The position numbers were made by a program, and so were the translations under genes. Shown here piece by piece: positions 54,184 to 64,000 of a DNA stretch of 64,000 nt. Each line of letters opens with the position of its first letter. The stretch's first letter is position 1. Below the pieces are notes generated by a model. That model was not told where the DNA came from. It saw nothing but the letters and a program-made list of their open reading frames with translations, and ran no database searches. This DNA comes from Eledone cirrhosa (Eukaryota): contig OZ024741.1 of the NCBI GenBank assembly GCA_964016885.1, positions 188,108,001 through 188,172,000 of the forward strand, read 5' to 3'.

Positions 54184-54690
54184 TATATATATATATATTT
54201 AAAAGAATAGAGGTGTAACACACGAGTTGTGATATATTAGCAAAAGCTCGTCGGAACTCTGCTGTTGTAATGACAGAATACAACAGCAGAGATCCGACGA
54301 GCTTTTGATTCTAGAGTCGGACCAGATCGATACAGATCGAACCTTGAGCTGATCAGTAGCGAAACGCGTGACACCAATCAATAAACGTTATGAAGACTTA
54401 ACAAATCGTCCTTGTATTATTATTGTCGGTAGAGGGTCCGACGCCATGCTTTGATGCATAGAGTTATGGCCCTTGCCATTCTGAGTTCAAATCCTGCCGA
54501 GGTTAACTTTGCCTTTCATCCTTACGGGGTCGATAAAATAAAGTACCAGTAATGCACTGGGTAATTGCTGGCCTTGTGCCAAAAGTAGAAACAACTATTG
54601 TATATATCTATATATGCAATCGCAGAAGCTTGCAACCTGCGTAATCAGGCATGACAGATACACACGCATACAAACACACACACACACACG

Positions 54691-54775
<85 letters not shown>

Positions 54776-54907
54776 CAATGTAGCCATACAGTAGTAGTGT
54801 CAGATGACCAATGTACCTTGCGACCTAACACTCCCCCGTTTTCTCAACAGCTGTTGTCTTTCTTTCTACATCACGTTTGCTCTTTCTTTAACAATTAAAA
54901 CCTTTGT

Positions 54908-54997
<90 letters not shown>

Positions 54998-56310
54998 TCT
55001 CTCTGTCTTCTCCAAACTATTGCTCTTTTACTGGCTTCGATTAATTGACTGCGATGATGCTAGGGCACCATTTTCAAGGACCTTTACTTTATCATAGCGA
55101 ATCCAATCTGATACTTTATATTATTGATCTACATTCCAGTAGTTGGCTAAGTTACCATACTTGGACCCCATAGAGTCGAGCTCCTCCGCAAGATAAGAAC
55201 GTCGGCGGCCCGTCTGAAGAAGGAGCCTCGCAAGGTGGGGTGGCTTTTGCAGTGGATGTCGCTGGCCATTGTCCGCGGGAATGCTTTTTCGGTCTTGTTT
55301 GGGGGTCGCAGCCCCTCCACCACTGCGCCCTAGGCCTAGAGTTCAATCCATCTCCCCCCTCCCTCACCATTCTTCTGTGATACTAGAGTCCTTGCCATTT
55401 CCTCCTCTTCCCGATTGTTTTCCTTTTCTCTTTTTTCTCTATATTTTCCTACTTTACATTCCATTTTTCTCAATCTAAATTTTATTTTATTTTTATTATT
55501 TATATTAAACTCTATTCACATGATATATTCCATAAATAAAACCATTAAGTTACCAATTTAAACCTCATTGTTGTGTCAAACACATCAGCACATAAACACA
55601 GAAAATACATGGCACCGAAGGCAAGTTTCTTTTACTGTAGCCTCAAGTTGACCAATGCCTTGTGAGTGGAATTTCGTAAATGGAAACTGTAGAAGTTGTA
55701 TATACATACATTCATACATACATTCATACATACATTCATACATGCATACATGCATATATACATACATGATGATGATGACTGCAACTCGATTTCGAGTAAT
55801 GCCATCGCTTGAAACTTAACCATGAGCATCATAGACCTGACTTTTTAATCCTGCTAGGGGCTTGCCTATGGCCAGCAATTCCATGCATCGCAAAAAAATG
55901 TCACATATCAAGCGATGTCTGTGCTTGAAGCTTTTTTAAATGAAGAAAGGCTTTGCACAGGGCCAATCCCACTCTCTGAACATCGACTGCATTTGCCCAA
56001 AAAGAAGAACTGGTCTACATCATTGAATGCAAACATAGTTGCAAGTTTTATATCAGGGTAACCTTCTCCTAGAGAGATGTATTAATGGAGACTAAGAGTT
56101 TCTCGCTCCACAAAAAATTAATTAATTAATTAATTAATTAATTAATTAATGGATGGCTGTTGACTCTCCTGAGTTTCCCCACTTTTTGACTGGTTTTGTT
56201 TTTCATCCCGTAGAGTGTCCATAATCACCCTCCTCACCAAACAATCTTGGTGGGCTTGCCGGTTTAGTCGCCGACGACCCTACCATGCACAGATTGTACT
56301 GGGTTATATG

Positions 56311-56425
<115 letters not shown>

Positions 56426-56427
56426 CA

Positions 56428-56935
56428 TACAATCCGTAGAAAAGATAGTAGTCCCGACAATAAACATATTAACATTTACAGCAGTGTGGAAGACATATTC
56501 ATACATAATACGAAAGAATACTGGTGGAATGTTCCAGTCAAAACCCCAATAAAAATGCAAACATAACAGACCAGATATAATGATATGGGACAGGAAAAAG
56601 AATCCATTAATGGAACAGTAAAAATATGTAAAACATTCCAAAAATTCTGCATCCATTAATGGATTATACTTGTAATTTCCTAACTTTTCGTGTTCTTTCT
56701 GGTTCTGTGAAACCCAGATTATCAAGATTTGTACTGAGGCAGTTACTAACATATCCGAGACTCCCAATAGTCACAGGTATAAATCTGAAAGTATTTTCAG
56801 GATGGAGTATCTGCAGATTCCTCATTAGTTCCGCATGCTCTCTTTTTTGCATGTTCTCCTTTTTGCTAATCTTCAACATGGGCAGCTAACCTCCACTACT
56901 ACGCATGCCTTCTTTTCCCTGTCCTATACCACATT
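56428..56935. pseudogene. Rearranged RLE-2 fragment with internal inversion
   Basis: Plus strand RRKDSSPDNKH..KEYWWNVPVKTPIK and minus strand ELMRNLQILHPENTFRFIPVTIGSLG both match 25930-26390; atccattaatgga repeated at the junctions. Confidence 0.8.
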
Positions 56936-58421
56936 ATATCGGTATTTTATTGGGGTTATTCTGGAACATTCTACCATGCATGAATGGATGGATGGATGGA
57001 TGGACTGACGGACGGACTGACGGACGCGTAACTCCCGAGGAGTCGTAGGGGACGCCGTATTGACATACGGCATTTCGTCGGTATTTTTTAAGCCTGGCAG
57101 AGTCCAGCGCTCTCCAGGCCTGAATACAGCAGATGTCTTCTAGAGAAAGATAGAAAGTGAGAGAGAAGAAATGAGAAAGAGATATAGAGGGAAAATAGAC
57201 CAGAGTACAAGACTGGTACTTTGTTATCGACCTCGAAAGGATGAAAGGCAAAGTTGACTTCGGCGGGATTTGAACTCAGAAGGAAGAGAGCTGGAACGAA
57301 TACCGTAAAGCATTCTATCCGACGTTCTAATGACTCTGCCAATGCGCCACCTAGTATGTATATATGTAAATACACCAGCTGTATGTATATATGTAAATAA
57401 ATGTTAAAAATTTGGTAAATATAACTGATATATTGTTTGTACTTCTGTCAGCTCAAACGGCGAGCAAGTGGTCGAGCATTCCATAGGTACGTGTACCTTT
57501 AACGTATATTTAGCTTGACACACTTTGAACTACACTACAACTTATTTTTTCCACAACGTTCGTGGTAGCAGTGCAGGTTTGGCGTGAAGTATCATGGCTG
57601 CAAGGGGATGACACCTGTGTACAGGTTGTTAGCGAAAGCTAAAATGGAATACCTGCATAGGAATTTCGGGCGATGAATTGGCAGAATCGGTAGAGTGCCG
57701 TACCAAATTATTTGCAGTATTTAGATACAATTACCTACGTTCTGAGTACAAATCCCTCAGAGATCAACTTTACCTTTCATCTTTCTGGGACCGATGAAAT
57801 ACAGTACCAGTTAAGTACTGGGGGAGGGGGGGGGTCAATATAAATGACTTTCCCTCCTCTCAAGAGGGTTAGAAAGAATTATCTGCATGGGATTGGTTGT
57901 AGTAACATTACAATCCGCTATTTAGCTTTTCAGTATTCATTTCTAGAGAATCTAAAACTCCGAATAGCTATGGTGTGAATTGTGAATTTTACAAGAAGAA
58001 ATTAACACTACTACACGTATTCAGTACTCTTTTCTCGTTTCTTGCATATATATATCGCTCCGCTGTTAATAATAATGTATGTACCTCTCCATAAAGTATA
58101 TTCATAATGCCATTCCACTTCATAGAAGAAGGCCGAACTCCAATATTTTCTTTTACTGTTGCATAATTACGTCATACGTATTCCTGTGATCGGTTTAGGT
58201 CATCAGAGCTAAACCCTAACCTCAGATGAGATTCTAGATTTGTTTGATGAGAACAAACATGAATCTTGAGCCACCCATCTGTGAAATGTTCGCCTAATCA
58301 ATAAAAACCTCAATGTGAGATTTCATTTTGTTCTTGTTACTGTATACACTCTGCTACAGCGTACCGTGCTAATATTGGTACCTTACACCACTAATCTACT
58401 GAATCACCTTATATATATATA

Positions 58422-59088
58422 TATTAGGATTGGTGCTCTGAAATAGCGATGTATACATGAATGTATGTATAGTATATTTGGCAATATACCGTATGTTTAA
58501 TTAGAAACATTTAGAAGACCATACGCTATCGGTTTTAAAGTAGTGACTATGTCACTTACTTCTTTTCGGCGAAAGAATGGAGAGAGGCTGACAGATTCTG
58601 TTTCACACTGTTGGCGATCATCAGAGCCACGCACTCCCCGCTTTCGCCGAAAATTATAGAAGGTGGATTCTTATAGAATTCCAATAATAATCAGGAGCTG
58701 ATTATACAGAGCGATTGCCGGTCCAGCAAAAAATGTATGTATACAATACAAAATGTATGTATACTATACTTACATTCATGTATAGATCGCTATTTCAGAG
58801 CACCAATCCTAATACCTAATTTTTGCTGGACCGGCAATCGCTCTGTATAATCAGCTCCTGATTATTACTGGAATTCTATAAGAATCCAGCTTCTACAATT
58901 TTCGGCGAAAGCGGGGAGTGCGTGGCTCTGATGATCGCCAACAGCGTGAAACAGACTGCTAGCTTCTCTCCCTTCTTTCGCCGAAAAGAAGTAAGTGACA
59001 TAGTCACTACTTTAAAACCGATAGCGTATGGTCTCCAAAATGTTTTTAATTAAAGATACGGTATATTGCCAAATATATTATACATACA

Positions 59089-59093
<5 letters not shown>
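58422..59093. mobile_element. Retrozyme-like ~314-nt hammerhead element: two inverted, circularly permuted monomers (58422-58733 minus; ~58760-59093 plus)
   Basis: The arms are reverse complements but start at different points; tacattcat recurs at 58771 and 59085; no ORF; flanked by (TA)n. Confidence 0.82.
58586..58628 (-). ncRNA. Intact type I hammerhead of the 314-nt element (second copy 58924-58964 plus, cleavage triplet altered)
   Basis: GGCT-CTGATGA-TCGCCAACAGTGT-GAAACAG-AAT-CTGT-C-AGCC, enclosed by TTTTCGGCGAAAG/CTTTCGCCGAAAA. Confidence 0.88.
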
Positions 59094-59116
<23 letters not shown>

Positions 59117-59121
<5 letters not shown>

Positions 59122-59606
59122 CTGAACAAAAAAGAAAGACGAACAGAGATATATAAATATATGTGTTCAAATCATAATGAACCAGATTCACTAAGGTGAA
59201 AAGAATACTAACTACAGACAATAGGGTTTGCCAGACTCAATTTAAGAATAAATCAAGAAAAATAAATACAAACCAGAATTGTGGTAACTACCAAACACCC
59301 GGACAATTTTGATAATACTGTTTCGCAATATCAATTGTGAAGAGGAATACCAAAATTCTAGCTCATCAGCGGGTGAAGAATTATTAGTATCCTGGTCACT
59401 TCTAAGTATATTAAAAAACTGGATAGTGTGTGTATATATAGTTACCACAATTCTGGTTTGTATATATTTTTCTTGATTTATTCTTAAATTGAGTCTGGTA
59501 AACCCTATTGTCTGTAGTTAGTATTCTTTTCACCTTAGCGAATCTGGTCCCTTACGATTTGAGCATGTATATTTCTGTGTTCGTCTTTCTTTTTTGTTCA
59601 GTTATA
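59117..59606. mobile_element. Penelope-like terminal fragment with ~170-bp inverted arms
   Basis: 59117-59290 is the reverse complement of 59439-59606; hammerhead lies in the spacer. Confidence 0.85.
59296..59375 (-). ncRNA. Type I hammerhead with a large stem II loop
   Basis: CACCCG-CTGATGA-GC..(34 nt)..GC-GAAACAG-TATTATCAAAA-TTGT-C-CGGGTG. Confidence 0.82.
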
Positions 59607-59690
59607 TTATACGGCTCGAAAAAACCTCTTTCCTAGAGCTAATTTATTGTAAGAGACTATTTTGAGTTTCTAACTCAATATATGCCTTTG

Positions 59691-59761
<71 letters not shown>

Positions 59762-59840
59762 GTTAATAAATGATACAAACAGAACAAGAGGCACAGTTAC
59801 ACAGGTATATTAGGTTTACGTTTGGAGGAAGTAGAGGAGG

Positions 59841-59876
59841 TTTCAACGTTTCGTAGAATAGTCCTTCTTCAGGAAA
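59841..59876 (-). ncRNA. Ultra-minimal Penelope-type hammerhead within a ~59760-60000 terminal-repeat fragment
   Basis: TTTC-CTGAAGA-AGGACTATTCTAC-GAAACGTT-GAAA; AACGTT palindrome; the fragment runs into (TA)n. Confidence 0.7.
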
Positions 59877-60018
59877 GTGCAAATAAGGTGAGTACAGATA
59901 GACGTAGGCGTAGTGTGAGAAGGTTAGGGAAGGAAGTTAAAAAAAAAAAGCCTTTGCTGATATCCATTGACAATTCCACGAAGGTGGAGGTTGGGCTAAA
60001 AACGTCCCGATTAACTAA

Positions 60019-60605
60019 ATAATTGTTTCTACTTTAGGCACAAGGCCAGCAATTAACCAGTACATTACTGGTACTTTATTTTATCGACCCCGTAAGGATG
60101 AAAGGCAAAGTCAACCTCGGCGGGATTTGAACTCAGATCGTAAAGGGACGTAACTATGCTGGAAAGCATGGCGTCCGACCCTCTACCGATACTGCCAATC
60201 CACTAAATAATAATAATAATAAGTGTTTCTACTTGAGGCACAAGGCCAGCAATTTGAAGGGGAGGGGAACGTCCATCAAATCGATCCCAGTGCATTATTT
60301 TATCGACCCCGTAAAGCAAAGCTAACCTCGACGGGATTTGAACTCAGAACGTAAAGGGCCGTAACTCAATGCTACAAAGAAAGTTGTCCGACGCTCTACT
60401 GATACTGCCAATCCACGACCTTCTTAATAGTAATAATTGGCCAACAACTCGATTAAATCTATCCCAATGCAACACTGGTACTTTATTTTATCGACCCCGT
60501 AAGGATGAAAGGCAAAGTTAACCTTGGCGAGATTTGAACTCAGAACGTAAAGGGATGTAACTATGCTGCAAAGCATGTTGTCCGACGCTCTACCGATACT
60601 TCCAA
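60019..60605 (-). mobile_element. Tandem trio of S1 SINEs
   Basis: Three antisense S1 copies; the first is flanked by actaaataat duplications. Confidence 0.9.
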
Positions 60606-60618
60606 CAATAATAACAAT

Positions 60619-60653
<35 letters not shown>

Positions 60654-60756
60654 ACATGTGTGTGTTTATATGTATACATACATGTATGCATACACACAAA
60701 CACAGACATACACACACAAATACACACACACATACATACGTACGTACGTACATACG

Positions 60757-60792
<36 letters not shown>

Positions 60793-60794
60793 TA

Positions 60795-60853
<59 letters not shown>

Positions 60854-63800
60854 TCTTATTCATTTTCTTTTATATGTCTGACCTTTCTACATTGACACAG
60901 AAATGTAAATTAGAAAGGAAGTTTAAATTACTCATACTTTTATGCACTGTTCAAAGTAGTAGTAGTAGTAGTAGCAGCAGCAGCAATGGTACCACTGGTG
61001 GTGTTGGCGGTGGCGGTGTTGATGGTGGTCTAAACCCGACTTCGACCTCGATCTTCTACCACCACTGTAAATACTACTACCACCACTTCTACCTTTTCCA
61101 CCGTCTCCCACTATCTCTCACCAATACAGTGAATTTGCCCTATCTTACCTACAACCACCCCAAATCATTAATAGACAAGGTCATACTTAACAACTGGAGT
61201 CCTATTGACTAGGAATATGACTGTACAAGAAGAGATATAGGTGCGCAGGAGGAGAAGAGACGAAGACATCCCAGTACCTTCTCCAACTCTACTCACCCCA
61301 GGAGGGGGTTGTTAGTGGACACAATGATCCTTTTATATTTAACGTTCCCCCGCCTCCAGCCTTGTCGCTTCAGCCTCTGTCCGCGTACCGCCACCTGTAC
61401 CGTTGAAGAAAGGAAGATAACCAAACACCTGAACTTGACCGACCGTTTTCAATTCATGTTAGTTGCCGACGAGACCTCCAGTGTCTTCGGTCCCTGAAGT
61501 ACCGTTTTCCTTTGCAAAATTGAGAGGAATACACCCTGCAAGGAAACCCATGAGATGGAACAGCTGATGGAGCAAATGTCACTGACTGTCCTCCGCAGAA
61601 TTGCATTCGCCAATTCGTAGATATACTGTCTAGACAGAGATGTAGAGTCTACAACCCCCACGTTATTTATATTTTTTATTGTGGACATATAATATAATTG
61701 AAGTCTGTTGAATAATGATCATATTATAGTTAATATGAAAGTTGCTGTTGTTTAGCCATATGGAAATTGTTGGATGTAGACCTAAAAATAGATGATTCTA
61801 AGCCTTTTCTCACAGTGTTGTGAAGTAGCTGGCCGTAGAGGGTTTGGATTAAGAATAAATACTAATGTATAATGTAAGAAAGGACTTGTTCATTATGGAA
61901 GCAGAATGTTGATTAATAATAGATAAATTATTGTAATTTTATACTGAGCCATCTCCGTCTGTATAGTTTTATTGAGTATCGAGGCTCGTGTTATATTGTT
62001 GAAACGTTTGTGTTAATTAATCTGCTACACAGAATGTTTTAATGTTTAAACACTGATATTGTTGAAACTATCAATAACTATATGTTTAATTTTATCGGCC
62101 ATTTGCATTTTTTATTCCTGTGAGTTATTTATTGCAAACATTATATAACCCAACTGAAATTTGTTGAATGAATATCATTTCTATTATGTGTCAAATATAC
62201 ATGTCCACACTCTCCTTGATGCCAGTCTGCTAAAGACTATCTTCTTTTACGGCGGATGTTTTTATCGATCTGCCCCCTTTGGGATGGTTTCATGATAGCT
62301 GTGAGTGTTTCCATAGGTGCCAATAGTCTTCACACATGAAGAACGACTGCAATTCAAATGATGCAAAGCGATGTTGTAACGAACAATACGTGCTTAATTC
62401 GGAAGAGACAAACTCTGTCGCTTTCCCATCTCTAGTGGCGCAGCTAGCATAATTCTATCGAAATACTATAGATTCTTCTAGAATTATGAATTTTAATAAA
62501 TTTTGCAATTTTATATTTGTTGTTTTAAGCTTATGGCGTCGTGAAAGTCATAAACCATAAAATACACCATTGTAAACGGCACTGTGGCTAATAAGAAACT
62601 CAGCAAAAATATACAGCCAGACAATAGAATGAATTTTATTTAGCAATCAATGTATCCATCCGCTTTTCCTACTCAAAATAGTAGATCTTTCCTCATTTAA
62701 AGCGATTTACTATTTCCACTCAAAAGATCCTTTTCTTTCTAATAAAAACTATTTTCTATTCAAAAGGATGTCTTTTTTTTCACTAAAAAATCCACAAATG
62801 CCTAGTTTTCCGAGTTCTTCTTTATATTAGTGACAAAGTTCACTTTTCGCGGGGTTTTAAAATGTCCTACAAACGCCATATGTTAATATGGCGTCCCCAC
62901 GACTCCCTCGGGAGTTATGGGTTCTTTAGAAAAAGAAGATATCTTTTATGGTTGTGGAGAGATTGTTTGTTTTATGTTTATATAAGTTATAGCTTCATTT
63001 CGTTTCTACAGTGCTTGCCTGTAATTAGAATTAGGAACTAAACTCTATTACACGTATTAAATTTTTCTCCCGTTTTTATATGGTGTGTGCGTGCGTCTGT
63101 ATGTGTGCATGTGTGAGTCTTTTTTTTTTTTTTACTCATTTACTGGTTTCAATCATTAGACGGGGGTCATGTTCGAACACTGCCTTCGAAGTTTTTAGTT
63201 AGTTTATCGATTTTTATTTGTGAAATAAAATTTAACACAGACACTTAGACACATAAAAATATTTCCTCTACCAAATTCCACTTGCATGGTATCGGTCAAC
63301 AGGAGGCTATAGTAGAAGATACTTCATTCAGGGGAATTAAACCGGGACCACGTGGTTGTGTTGCGAATGTTTAACCTCACGGTCAAACCAGCTGCTGCTA
63401 ATAACTGAAAACAACTTAGTTAAAGGCACTATGTGAAGCTATTACATAACAGCCGACCTTCTGTAGCCATCGAAAGTTAAAAATCTAATGAAGAGTAGTC
63501 AGTTTCCTAAGGAAACTCCAATGAACTAAGCATTCAAAGTTTTAGTGAACGAACTCTAACACGGACATGGGAAAACTGCAGTGCTCGAGTCTCATACGGT
63601 CGATTTGGCTTTCTGAATGGCATGCCTAACGAAAAATTACCTCTAATTTTTTTTTAGTCGTGTGATCCGCTTTATGATGAACCATATCTTATGCGACCCA
63701 CTGCTCGGAAAAGGGTGACCATGCCCGCGCTAGATGTATTCTATACATTATAAGCAGAAGATAACATTTGATATGAGAGCTCACGGCGGGAAATGAGTCA

Positions 63801-64000
63801 TAAAGTATATGGCATTGACAATAATTGGCTGAATCGATCATTCTGCTGTCATTTTTACATCTTATATACTCCCTGCTTTTTCTTTTTTTAATTCAATATC
63901 CATTTTACATTTATCCGATTTGTAATTTAAATATGCCTGACACAGGAATTTGTTCGAAAATCCAAAACAGATTTTTCTTGTGTAAGCAAATAGAAAATGT

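Noticed and set aside
58221-58270. Hairpin with TGATGA in the loop as a snoRNA or ribozyme
   Set aside because: No correctly placed D box and no GAAA/stem III.
61449-61688. 79-aa ORF as a host exon or LINE C-terminus
   Set aside because: No recognisable domain or splice context; only a faint, frameshifted C..H..C pattern.
61700-64000. Host gene exons in unique-looking sequence (also 12100-13000 and 31430-32600)
   Set aside because: No ORF with a recognisable motif or convincing splice pair; small exons cannot be excluded without RNA data.

Overview
AT-rich, microsatellite-saturated eukaryotic DNA. The SINE families and retroelements resemble those of coleoid cephalopods, so an octopus genome is likely (inference, not verified). 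No host protein-coding exon, rRNA, true tRNA or CRISPR array can be supported, and almost all listed ORFs are translated microsatellites. Contents: (1) about 38 copies of one tRNA-headed SINE, often in head-to-tail arrays, plus at least three other SINE types; (2) decayed non-LTR retrotransposons, namely R4/Dong-like RT plus restriction-like endonuclease (RLE) elements and RTE elements with three C-terminal C2H2-type fingers, together with bipartite non-autonomous RTE derivatives; (3) a Penelope-like (GIY-YIG) remnant; (4) more than a dozen type I hammerhead ribozyme motifs from about ten sequence families, mostly next to (TA)n and often arranged as fold-back palindromes. Best candidates for something new: a ~314-nt non-coding hammerhead element present as two circularly permuted, inverted monomers (58422-59093, a retrozyme/circular-RNA signature); recurrent fold-back at or near hammerhead stem II; opposite-strand sharing of microsatellites by APE-type and RLE-type retroposons; and a 25-bp satellite whose spacer flips orientation between units (33324-34152). 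All structures were read by eye. Hammerhead coordinates are nucleotide-level; larger element boundaries are approximate.
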